This document shows, piece after piece, positions 1 through 11,893 of a stretch of DNA of 64,000 nt. A model generated the notes under the pieces. The model was not told the DNA's origin. It searched no databases and worked only from the letters and a program-made list of their open reading frames with translations. How positions within the stretch are numbered: position 1 is the stretch's first letter; every line of letters begins with the position of its first letter. A program made the position numbers and the translations under genes. Source of the DNA: Takakia lepidozioides (Eukaryota; Plantae; Bryophyta); the NCBI GenBank assembly GCA_030704615.1, contig CM060734.1, forward strand, positions 10,974,001 through 11,038,000, in the 5' to 3' direction.

Positions 1-128
1 CCTCCTTGAATGCTTTGGGCACTCAAGGGTGCTTCAGCCCTCCCATACCTATCGCTGCCACTGCCCCCACCACAGGGGCAGCCCCTCTTATTCCCAACCC
101 CCTGCCCTCAAGGCAAAGGGCCGCGACA
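1..128 (-). repeat. 3' LTR (partial) of the chromovirus element
   Basis: Near-identical to 6223-6351; ends ...GGGCCGCGACA, next to the PPT complement CACACCCCTACC. Confidence 0.9.
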
Positions 129-1035
129 CACACCCCTACCAACAGGGAGTCGATGTCCTCATCGGCTTGTACATTTTGTGGAAACGAACATCCAAGTTGT
201 GGCGTCCCACATCAAGGAGTTTGTTTCCGTACCATGGCGTCCCATGGCAAAGAACCAAACCCCACACTTGACTCTACTCTCCACTAGCTAGTTCGGCCGA
301 CTTCCTCCAAGTCTCGGCCAAGGGTGGAACCTCTCAAGCTCCTCCCAGTGCACTCTTCTTGGCCTACCTCAAGGCCAAGGAATGATCCTACCCGATGATC
401 GAATTGCCTTACTGCAACAACATTGCTTGCGACCGCTCATGATGCCGCTTTTGGCATCACCTTGAGCAAGGGTTCACCTCGAATCTTCTTTTACTAGGAA
501 GATAACCTTGAACCAACCGCGCGCCCCAATCACTACAATTGGGTCCGCCTTGGAATGCTGGCCTGAGGTACGGGAACACGCCGAAGCCGCACTACGACTT
601 CGTCCCGAGGCTACACGATTATAGTACGTGAACGGAAGCACGTAGCTTCCGCGTTAGCCCGCACTACAAGGCAACCCCCTTGGTAGCGCAGTTATAGTAT
701 GCGCACGCGTCAGGTGCGCACTAGCACGTGAACTCCTAAAGAAGGCGCAAGTTTCCTTGCCCCTTTGGATGGAAGTCACCCGATTTTGGCACTGCGCAAA
801 CACATGATTAACCCAATTTACCTCTCCCACTTTTATAAGCTAGCATGCATTCTACACACTAGCCAACCACACCATGCATCACCATTCCAAACAAAATAGG
901 ACGCACAACATTTTGAACCCATTTCCTTTATAACAAATTTTTGTACAATACAAGTTTTTGCAATCGGATTCCTAAGCTAGCTAAACCGGGCTAAGCATGC
1001 ATTTCCTCCCCCACGCTCCAAGGTTGATGTCCCCA

Positions 1036-3623
1036 TCAACGCTTCTTCCGTTTTTGAGGTCGCCCTTCAAAAACTGCAACCGCCTCGGATGCGTTTCCCA
1101 TTTCTGAGGCACGCACCCAAGATGCCTCCACATGATGATAGCCCTTCCATTTGACGAGATACTCCGTTTCTCGGTTCTTGAACCTCCTCGACTTAAGTAC
1201 TGCCTCCACCTCATACTCAGGTTCATTTTCATGATCCAACAGCACAGGTGGCAGACGCAACACTTGATGTCGATTCGGACGCGCTTCATCTTTGAAGTAA
1301 GGCTTCAAAAATGAGACGTGGAATACTGGATGCACCTTGCTGTTTGCCGACAGCTCCAATTCATACATATCCTCATTCATAACCTTCCGGATGCGAAAGG
1401 GTCCCGCATATGGAGGTACGAACTTTGGACTCACTTCTGGAGGTAGTCGAAAATTCTTGATGTTCAACCATACCTCCGTGCCTGCCTCAAACTTCACTTC
1501 CCTCCGCTTCCGATTTGCTTGCCTTTCATACCGTTTCCTAGCTTTGGCAATGTTGTACTTTGCGAGCTTCAACAAACGCTCGCGTTCTTCCAGTACCGCC
1601 GCTACTGCCGGTTCCTCAACGTCCTGGGCGGCCCAACTTGTCGGCACCAGAGGTGCTTTTCCATAGACCAATATGAAAGGGGAAACTCTCGTTGCGGAGT
1701 GTTTTGTGTTATTATAACAGAACTCAGCCGCGTCTAAGTGTTCCACCCAGTCTGTTTGGTCTGCCGACACGTAATTCCGCAAGATCTGCTTCACTACGGA
1801 ATTCATTCTTTCCGTTTGGCCGTCGGTCGTAGGTTGGAAGGCGGTGCTCATCTTTAGCCTCGTCCCCATCTTCTTCCAAAGTGCCCTCCAAAATTTACTC
1901 GTAAACTTTGGATCGCGGTCCGAGACAATATCCTTCGGGACTCCATGATACTTTAAGACGTGGGCGAAGTAAAGTCGCCCTGTTTCATGTGCCGTTGCCG
2001 TCTCCTTGGTGGATGAAATGGTCCATTTTACTGAACCTATCCACCACCACCATGATTGCATCGAATCCTTTTGACAGCGGCATAGCAGTCATGAAATCCA
2101 TCGAGACGCTTTCCCAAGTCCCCTCTGGAATCGGCAAGGGTTGTAACAGCCCCGCTTGCTTTTTGTACTCGCTCTGGTTTTGTTGGCATGTGGTGCATGT
2201 CTTGACATACTCCTCTGCCTCCTCCCTCAGTTTGGGCCAGAAATACTCTTTCTTCAAGAGTGCCGCAGTGCGCTTGGCTCTGCCGTGGCCCGCAAACGGG
2301 CTATCATGGCATTCTCTCAAGAGGCTATCTCTGATCCCTCCCTTTGGCACGTAGAGACACTTTTGCTTATACCGGAACAGTCCATTTTGCAAGTGGAACT
2401 GCGATTTAACCCCCATCCTCAAGTCCTGCATCACGGACTTCGCCAGCTCATCCTTCCGGCAAGCCTTCCGGATCTTCCTTTGGAGCGCCGTCTCGCCTCT
2501 GTACACCAACAAAAGCTGCTGTTTTCTACTTAAGGCATCGGCCACCACGTTGTCTCGTCCCGGTTTGTACTGGATATCCACGTCGAACACCGCCAAAGTA
2601 TCTTGCCACCTAAGTTGTTTTGGGGACAACTTGGGCTGCGTGGCAAAATACTTCACCGTGACATTGTCCGTGAACACCTTCACTGGGTTGGAACCAACAT
2701 AGTGGCGCCAAAGCTCAAGACAGTGCACCACTGCCTTCATCTATTTCTCGTGCGTCGGCCACCGTCGCTCCACTTCATTCAGTTTCTTACTTTCGTAAGC
2801 CACTGGGCGTCCATCTTGCATCAGTACACCCCCAATCGCGAAGTCCGACGCATCTGTATGAATCTCGAACGGACGATCGAACTCCGGGATTTTCAAGACT
2901 GGAGCTTCCGCCATCCGCTGCTTCAATTCAGCAAAAGCTTGGCCACAAAAGGTGTTCCATGCCCAGACTTTGGATTTACATAGAAGGTCTGACAGCGGCC
3001 CCGCGATCTTGGCGAAATTTCTCACATACTTCCGGTAGTAGGAGGCGAGTCCTAGGAAGGATCGCACTCCCGGGACCGAAGTCGGAGGCTCCCAGTCTAA
3101 GATTGCCCTCACCTTCCTGTCATCCATTCTGATCCCATCCTGTGTAATCACATGCCCCAGGAACTCCACTTTTGTGACCCCAAATTCGCACTTTGAAGCT
3201 TTGGCATACAGCTTTCCTTCCCGCAATTTCTGGAACACCCTTTTGAGGTGCTCCAGGTGCTCCTCCTTTGTTTTCGAATACACCAAGATGTCGTCGATGT
3301 ACACGATCACAAAGTCATCCAACCACTCCTGGAAAAGGCTGTTCATCAGCGTGCTAAAGGTCGCGGGAGCGTTGGTGAGTCCAAAAGGCATATGAGCCAT
3401 ACCTTGTCCTGCACGCAGTCTTCTCCTCATCTCCTTCCGCCACTCGAATTTGATGATAGCCGGAGCGCAGATCGATCCGGCTGAAATACTTCGCTCTTGC
3501 CAACCGATCGAAAATGTCGTCGATTCTTGGCAAAAGGTACCGGTTTTTTATAGTCATCTTATTCAAAGCCCTGTAATCGACACACATCCGCAGCGTCCCA
3601 TCCTTCTTGTCTGCGAATAGCAC
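1036..3623 (-). pseudogene. pol: reverse transcriptase, RNase H, integrase and C-terminal chromodomain; broken by frameshifts and stops
   Basis: [13 protein letters not shown] and YIDDILVYS; [15 protein letters not shown]; INT zinc finger H..H..CTTCQ, VSMDF, VSDRDPKF, DGQTER, GPF; chromodomain YEVEAVLKSR..EYLVKWKGY..EASW. Confidence 0.93.
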
Positions 3624-5623
3624 CGGGGCTTACTCGGCCAGATGTACCCCTTTGACATTAGATCTTTGAGCTGAGTCTTCAGCTCGACCAACTCTCTGTG
3701 GCTCAACTGGTAGGGCGCCTTGGCAGGCGGTTCCGATCCCGGTATCACCTCAATCTTGTGGTCAACTCTTCTTCGCGGTGGCAAGCCGCTTGGTAAATCC
3801 TCCGGCATCACATCCTGGTATTTCTCCAAAATCCCCTTGATCCAATCTGGGCTCGGCTCCCCATCGCCTTCTCCCTTCACTTCTCTAATATAGAGCAAAA
3901 ACTGGGGCTCGTGTGCCTCCTCCACGGCCCACTCCCTTGCTGACAGGAGGTTTATTCGCCCTCCCACGGGTTTGGGCGTTTCCGACACTCGTAAGACCTC
4001 GCCACCATTCCCACATGGCAACGTGACTACTCTCTTGCGGCCATCTATGACCGCTCCGGATTTGCTCAAAAAGGTCATCCCCAAAATGAGATCCACTCCA
4101 TCGATCTCGCAGATGGTGAAGTTCTCAAGTCCCTCCCAACTCCCCAGTTGAAGAGGAACATCAAACGCCAACCTTGTCGCCAATTGCGGTTCTCCTTTGG
4201 CAGAACGCACCTCAATAGAGGCCCCCACGTCACTTGTCGGGAGTCCCAGCTTTTGTGCTGTTGCCGGTGTCATGAAGGAGTGCGACGCTCCTGTGTCCAC
4301 CAACAACGACACGTTAGTTCCGGATATTATCCCATCCACGAACAATAACTGACTCCCTTTACGTAAGGCGCCAGTTTCCTGATACAACTCACAAGAAAAT
4401 TTGCCTACCTTACAAGTCCTGGCGACCACCGCTTCCACCAAGCGACTGATGGTATCTTCCGACAGCTCTGTGGTCGCCCGAGTCATGTTCAATTGCCGGG
4501 GCTTCGTGCACTTCTTGGCCATGTGCCCGGGCTCCCCGCAATTGAAACACACTCCCTCAAAGGTCGCCTTCTGTCCGCCATAAGCCGCTCCACCTGCTTT
4601 TCCTTTCGAAGCACCGGATGCCACCTTGACTTGTGAAGGCCCTCCCTTCGATTTCCACGTGCCATTGTCGCCGCGTGGCCTATCCCACTTCTTTTCCGGT
4701 CGGAAGGAGTCACCTTCCCGCCGGGTCTTCTTGTGGTTCAGCTCCGTACGGCCTTGTCTTTCACCCTTAGGGACATCCGAGAAACATTCAGCCCTCTCAA
4801 TTGCCTCATTCAAAGTCTTAGGTGGCCTCTCCTCCAACTTCCGCCTGGCCCATGGGGCCAGTCCCGCCACAAAGTTGAAGACCATTTCTGGTTCTGCCAT
4901 GTCCGCGACTTCGAGCAACAGCACATTGAAAGCTTGGACATATCCCCGAATGTCATCTGTTTGCTTCAAATTCCTCATCTTGTCCCGGGCGAGCCAGGAC
5001 GCGTTGAGGGGCACAAACTGCCTCTTCATCAATTCCTTGAACCCACTCCAGTTCAAGGTTTCCGGGCTTGGACCTCGGTCGTGAAGGTGTTTCTGCCACC
5101 ATTGTTGAGCATAGCCCCTCAAATAGGTGGGAGCCACTTCCACCCGATCCTCGTCACTCAACTTGGCCGCCCGGAAGTACTGCTCTAGCTCCAAGAGCCA
5201 GGTGTTGAGTGCCTTCCGATTTTGGACGCCCTCGAAGGTGCCGGGTTCCTTCGGCTTCACCTTAAACTTTGCCTTAGTGGAAGTGGTATAAGCCGCCTTC
5301 AACACGTCTTTCAACGTCTCGCCAAATTGCGCCAACAACCCTTCCCAAAAGGTTGCCGGCATGGGAGGCATCTGTTAGTCGGTCGGAGCTCTCAAGGATT
5401 CCTCAGGCTCCGACTCCTCAGATTCCTCCTGCTCTTGAGCGGCCTCGTTTTCGGAAACATGCATCGCTTCCTCAAACGGCCACCTCGATGACACGTCGCC
5501 CCCATCGGGCTCACCAGGATCATCATCTTTTGGGCCATTCCGCTTTCGCTTTGGCTTGCCCGACCCCATGATGAGGCCAATCCCAAGGACGATCACGTAC
5601 TGAACTCTAAGCTCTGATACCAA
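3563..5623 (-). pseudogene. gag-protease (in-frame stop near 5372; frameshift into RT)
   Basis: Retrotransposon gag fold, CCHC knuckle CFNCGEPGHMAKKC, aspartic protease LLVDTGASHS. Confidence 0.92.
5611..5622 (-). other. Primer-binding site (tRNA-iMet)
   Basis: TGGTATCAGAGC on the - strand, 2 nt inside the 5' LTR boundary. Confidence 0.92.
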
Positions 5624-5624
5624 G

Positions 5625-6351
5625 TGTCGCGCACCTCACTTCGGTAAGCTCCCCCCTCAAGTCATAGTTACTCGCTTGATGCGCGCGCCTAACTCCCAAC
5701 CTGGCCGCCGGGCCAACTTGGAGCTTCGGCTGCTCACCGGGACATAACGGTCCCCCCCTTGATCTCCCAAAGAACCCTCCAACGATTTAGAACCAGCGGA
5801 ATTCCCTTTGGTAATTGGCAGTCCGGAACAGCTCCCCACTCTTTGGTCGCTTTCCGGCTCGCTCGCTTACTCACTGGCTTTTGGTCACCAACGGGCTTGC
5901 ACCGTTCTCGGGGTTACTACTCCCTATATATACTTCTGTAGCTGTCCGCGGGGGTTTCACAAACAACCATGCCATTTTATGGCGAACCACCACGAACACC
6001 CTCGACTCCCGGTGATGAGTCACGGTGAGTCTTGGCCCACTCACCACGGCCCCTATGGACCGTGATGAGTCCCAAGACTCCCCACGACTCCCACCACAAG
6101 GTCTCCGCCCCAGGGTGAGTCCTATGTCACCCCCACTAAGTCCCGCTAAGCTACCACCACCCCTTGTGGAGCCACCCCCACCGCAACCCGGTGTGCGGGG
6201 CTCCACCTAGTGAGCGCCTCCGCCTCCTTGAGTGCTTTGGGCACTCAAGGGTGCTTCATCCCCCACATACCTATCGCTGCCACTGCCCCCACCACAGGGA
6301 CAGCCCCTCTTGTGTCCTGACCCCCTGCCCTCAAGGCAAAGGGCCGCCACA
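5625..6351 (-). repeat. 5' LTR (727 bp) of the chromovirus element
   Basis: TG...CA termini, adjacent PBS, matches the 3' LTR fragment. Confidence 0.92.
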
Positions 6352-8595
6352 TTGAATGTACAAGCATTGGAAACTTAGCCTCTTTTAGAAGCTGGTTACT
6401 TTAGGACACTTGATACCATGCCAAACTGATATGGATGGATCTTTTGTGGCCAAATCCAGACCTTGGTTATATGCCCTCGAATGTTTACCTATTTTCCAAA
6501 ACGGTAAGACATTGGTAGATGTGAAGAGAATGATTCAGGCATTGTATTCAAGTTGCTTTAGGATAAATAATACCAAAGTAACCTGCAGGCCTGATGGGAT
6601 GAACAATTCAGATTCTTTGTGTTTCCTATGGATGATTGCATGGCATGTAAATCTGATTACAGCCTGTTATGGTAAGGATTTCCCTACCCCGGACATAGAA
6701 CTTGGTCTTGGGGCATGGAATAAGAGGTGGGAACATTACTCTACCCTACCACTGAAATTACACACCAGCCCCAGACCTAAAACAGATCATGGGGCAAAAA
6801 ACATGGTGTCAATAAGTGACTTGATGTGCAAAATAGGGCAGCTGATTACACCCTGTTGTATAAGCTGCCAAATATCAGTCTGTAACCCTGCTTTGGTGAT
6901 GTTCTTTATGTAAAGAAATGCTCTTATTTTGTTCTTAAGCCTTCTATGATCATAAATGGCTTCTTTAAGACCAACAGACATTTCCAGCCATGAACAGTGA
7001 TCAATGGATCTTTATTTGGACATGGATACTTACTGCTCAGTCACTTTGGTATGTCCAATGATACAAAGAACCCAAAACTATACTAGTTTTTGGGCCAACA
7101 ATAAATTAGGATGGTTGGTTGTGCCTTGGTATGTAAGCTGACCAAAAAATACAGACTGAATGACATGGCATGTCATGAATGGCACTTTTTAGCATGCTAA
7201 ACAACGGTTTCCTGCTATGAACAGTGGTAATTGAGTCTCTAATTTTCCCCACCCCCCCCCACCCAGAGACTTCATTGACTTTGAAGTCAGGGATTTGTCA
7301 TAAAGCTGACTTGTGTGATGAAGAATGGTTGATAATGAGGCTGATTCGTCGTTAATTTTACAATGACCTTGTCAGGTCTTTGTCTATGTCTCGACGAGAC
7401 ATAAGTATCTTCCCTCTCTGATTTAGACCAGTGTACTTGGTGGTTCTTGTACACATTATCAACCAATCTCCCTTCTGTTTTCAGTTTTATGTTTGATTTA
7501 CTAACACCTTGGTCTGAGCATGACAAAAGGTTATCAAATATGTTCATGATTGAAGTGATGAACCCAAGGCAATGGGAAGGCCAAAGCCATGAGATATCAG
7601 CCTCCTCTCCCGCCATGACCATGGTGTGGAGCAAGCAAGTCCTTCATAAGGTAAGATCTTCTCCAGCAAAAATATGTTGGCTAATTGGTCATGGAGAGTA
7701 AGGCATCCTTGAAGGTACCTGAGATAAGCATAGAACATCCATAGGGCTTCTGAATGCTGAAATTTTGAGCTAGGCCTTGGTAAGACAGCTTGCTGGAGTA
7801 GACGTGTACACCTTATACATGATCCGGTCAATGCACATTACTCTTGTTTGCCAGTCCCCTGTAGCCGATGCCTTATGTCAGATGTAGATACCTTATGATA
7901 AGAATGAGTTCCATTTCTTTGGCTCAAATGTTTCCATGTTTCTCCTGGTTATGGCTTTGCTCTTTATAGCACCATAAAAAAATACCCAATTATGATATGC
8001 TGCTGGTAGATGTTTGTCTGAATATAACCAGGTGGTAAACCCCTGCCAGACTTCATTACCTAAGTCCCAATACCTGCCCCCTTTGATTTTGTACACATGT
8101 TTTACCCAAAACAAGGGGTGGGTAAACACTAAAAGTCTAATATAAGATTTCCTGATTGTTACTTTATGACAATCATTTGGGCGACTATCTCTTGTTCCCT
8201 ATGGCATACTGATGTGACAATGGAGCAATGATATGACAAGCTGATGGCTTTAAAGAGAGCTGGTAACATGCTACAATGTAGGGCAGACCTGTTTTCATGA
8301 CCAGACAGTGTTCTTGAATGTACAAGCATTGGAAACTTAGCCTCTTTTAGAAGCTGGTTACTTTAGGACACTTGATACCATGCCAAACTGATATGGATGG
8401 ATCTTTTGTGGCCAAATCCGGTCCTTGGTTATATGCCCTCGAATGTTTACCTATTTTCCAAAACGGTAAGACATTGGTAGATGTGAAGAGAATGATTCAG
8501 GCATTGTATTCAAGTTGCTTTAGGATAAATAATACCAAAGTAACCTGCAGGCCTGATGGGATGAGCAATTCAGATTCTTTGTGTTTCCTATGGAT
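6352..8595. repeat. Direct duplication with 1962-bp period (6352-~6633 matches 8314-8595); content unidentified
   Basis: Near-identical ~280-bp copies; ORFs at 6410 and 8372 share the same N-terminal sequence. Confidence 0.85.
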
Positions 8596-8680
8596 TGTCG
8601 TGCGCATACGCATCGCTACACAACTACATCGCTGTCCAAACCACACCACACATATATGCACAATAAAGTAGTCTGCCACA
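8596..8680 (-). repeat. Putative very short (85 bp) 3' LTR
   Basis: On the - strand, purine tract AGGGGGGCGAT is followed by TGTGG...CGACA; related copies at 27552-27642 and ~28090-28161. Confidence 0.65.
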
Positions 8681-8932
8681 ATCGCCCCCCTAGCTGGTGG
8701 ATAGGTCCTTCTAACTCCAAATAGCTACAAGATGTAATAGCCACAACCGTACTAAGTCCTCTATCACTGTCCCTATTGTACTCAAACTCTAAAGACCAAG
8801 AGGCCGAGTACAAGAGTAGCCCCATCGTTAGTCGTCATCTTGCAATCTGTGAACTTGAGCCAGGCCAGGATCTCGTGTGTTCAAGGTCTCATTGCATTTC
8901 TTGTTAGCCTCCCATGGTTGTATCCACTCCCA

Positions 8933-11650
8933 CTATCCAATGCATTGTGGACATAACCAATCCCCATCCGGAACCATCTCAAGAGGTGGAGTCAAGCATC
9001 CCATATGCCAACCTCTAGAGCATCGATCACACACCAGCATGGTGGCTGCCCCTTTAGCAGACCCACACAACATGCACCTCAAACTTGCAGATACCACTGC
9101 CAGGTTTGGGTCAATCTTGCCATCGACATTTGGAAGGTGACATGGCGCACAATTACGCACATGGTCCTTCCAAGTTATGCCATCCCGACCCTCCAAGACC
9201 AAGACGCCTGAGGGCAAGACCTCTCGAACCCTCAAAATAACACGTCCTGCAGTCACATCCAAGGTCGTAGGAGCAGTCTGCTATAGATAGACATAGTCAC
9301 CAGGGTTGAATCTCCGAACCCTAGGACGATAGCCCCCACCACGTATGGTAGCATACCTCAACGTATCACGGTGTTGTGCAATGGCAAGGTTCTCGAAAGC
9401 CATGGGCATGACTTTCTTGAACAACTCTGCATGCTGCTCACATGCACGTGCCCACACGTCCGGATCGTCAAGGTTAAGAACTGTAGCAGCTTCCCTACGA
9501 ATGGATGTAGGCAAATCCGGCTCTTGGCCAAAGAGAAGAAAGTATGGTGAGAAGGAGGCAAGTGATGCTTGCTTGTTGAACCTGTAGCCCATGGCTAACC
9601 AGGGTAACTGAAGGTCCCAATCTCCTAGGTGTCCCTTCTGCAAGCCATACTTGCGCAAACCCCTCTTTACTGTCTGAACAACTCTCTCTGCGAAGCCATC
9701 GGCCTCAGGATGATCCCGAGAAGTGGTGCGGTGGTCTATCAAGGCCTTGTCACACAAAGCCTGAAACTCCCCCAAGAACTCTCTCCCTTGGTCCGTGAGT
9801 ACCTTAGCTGGAGCACCGAATTGGCTAAGCACACAATCCAAGAATGCATACGCAGCTCCCTCACTAGCCTTATCAGGCAATGGAACCAACTCAATCCACT
9901 TGGAGAAGTGCTCCACCATCACCAACACGTACTTGTTGTGGCGCATGGTCAGTGGCAACGGCCCTGCGAAGTCAAGACTCCACCTGTAGCGCAATCCCAT
10001 GATCGGAAGAGGGTGCAATTATGGAGTATGGGTGTTGAATGAAGCACGCACCCTGTCACACACCATGCACCTAGCCACAAATTGTTGCACCTCTGTGTGC
10101 ATACCACGCCACCAATATTGCCCCTGCAGTAGACTATGAGTGCGTCGCACCCCAAAATGCCCCAACTCCTCATGGGCATGCCGCACTAACCATGCCCGCT
10201 GTGTTGGGTGAGGCACAATCCTCACTCGACCATCCTCCCACACTTGGAGCAGGTGTGTCCCCTCCCACTTGAACCTCTTGGCTTGTTGTAGGATCCGATC
10301 CCTCTCCTTGGCAATCACAGTGGCTGCCGTGTCTCCAGTGCAAAGATAGTCCAACACAGCTGAATCCTCATGTATATCTTTGGCGCCACCTTGCTCATTG
10401 CTGGCCTCAGGGTCCTCAGACACTTGATCCTCAGTCATCCTTGTTGCAGGTCCAACCTGGCCTTCCGCTGCCAAGATACACAGAAATGCAGATGCATGCC
10501 ATCCGGGCACCATCTCCTCGTCCGTCTCACCATGCCACCGAGCTCCAGTGTCATCCTGCTGGCTCGTGCATGGATTGCGACTCAACCCATCTGCATTGCG
10601 ATTGACCAAACCCGGTCGATGCACCACCTGAAAGTCATACTCTTGAAGGATGAGTGCCCACCATGCAAGCTTCCCCGTAAGCTTGTCTGACTCCATCAAC
10701 CACTTGAGTGGTTGGTGATCCGTGACAAGGGTGAAGAGATTGCCGTATAGATAGCACCTGAAGTGTGCCACGGCCCACACTGCAGCTAAGCATTCTCCCT
10801 CATATGAGCTATACTTAGACTCGGCAGCATTGTTCGAGCGGCTAGCGTAAGCCACTACGAACTCTCTTCCCTCATCATCCACCTGTGTGAGCACCGCTCC
10901 AAGCCCCAGCATGCTCCAATCCGTATGAAGCTGAAAAGGACGCCCCCTGATAGGTCGTCTCAAGATGGGCGCCGAGGTCAACCTCGCCTTGAGCTCTTGA
11001 AAAGCTTGTTCTTGCTCATCTTCCCACTGCCACTCCTGGTCCACCTTGGTCAGCTTGGTTAGAGCCTTTGCAATGGCACTAAATCCCTTAACAAACCGTC
11101 TATAATAGTTTGCTAACCCCATGAAAGCTCGAACTCAGCTCACATCCGTGGGGCGTGGAACCTGTGCAATGGACTCTACCTTAGTCTGCTGTACCCCCAA
11201 TCCTCTAGGATATATCATGTGACCCAGATACTCAATCTGGTTATGGAAAAACTTGCACTTTCCCGGTGTAACTTCAATCCGTGCGCCCTCAAGCGCTCAA
11301 ATACCCCCTGAAGGTGTCTCTCATGCTCCTCCACCGTAGCACTAAAGATGATGATGTCATCTATGTAGCACCGGGCAAACTCCACCCCTGCTAGAATCCT
11401 GTCCATGACTCTTTGAAACTCAGCAGGAGCGTTTTTAAGCCCAAATGGTAAGAACCGCCACTGGTATAGGCAATCCTTCCCGTGCTCATTGATCCCCCAG
11501 AATGCCGTCTTTTGCTTATCCGCCTCCTTGATCGGCAACTGGTGATATCCGGATCGTAAATCCAACGTGCTAAAGACCTTGGCATGCCCAATGGCATCAA
11601 AGATCTCCTCTGGTGTCGGCATGGCATACCTATCGGACTTGGTCTGACGA
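8933..11650 (-). pseudogene. pol RT-RH-INT-PHD (in-frame stops; 11017-11258 duplicated at ~11652-11893)
   Basis: PHD C4HC3 motif CMLC..MLVCDRC..GWHMGCL..P.GDWLCPQC in ORF 8933-9262, in frame with the integrase ORFs. Confidence 0.9.
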
Positions 11651-11893
11651 TTGTCTTCCCACTGCCACTCTTGATCCACCTTGGTCAGCTTGGTTAGAGC
11701 CTTTGCAATAGCACTAAATCCCTTGACAAACCGTCTATAATAGTTTGCCAACCCCATGAAAGTTCAAACGCAGCTCACATCCGTGGGGCGTAAAATCTGT
11801 GCAATGGCCTCTACCTTAGTCTGTTGTACCCCCAATCCTCCAGGATATATCATGTAACCCAGATATTCAATCTGGTTGTGGAAAAACTTGCAC

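Larger units (their letters stand above)
1..6351 (-). mobile_element. Ty3/gypsy LTR retrotransposon, chromovirus type (3' LTR runs off the window start); degenerate
   Basis: 1-128 matches 6223-6351 (LTR ends). PBS at 5611-5622, PPT at 129-140. Domain order gag-PR-RT-RH-INT-chromodomain on the - strand. Confidence 0.95.
8596..11893 (-). mobile_element. 5'-truncated Ty3/gypsy element with PHD-finger integrase
   Basis: RT ([16 protein letters not shown]), RH (LHTDWS, YEGECLA), INT (WSLDFAGP, LTDQGREF, DGFAER), PHD finger, then PPT and a short LTR. Confidence 0.9.

Noticed and set aside
141-1035. Extra ORF or structured RNA in the ~900-bp 3' region of the chromovirus
   Set aside because: No credible ORF, and only short imperfect inverted repeats.
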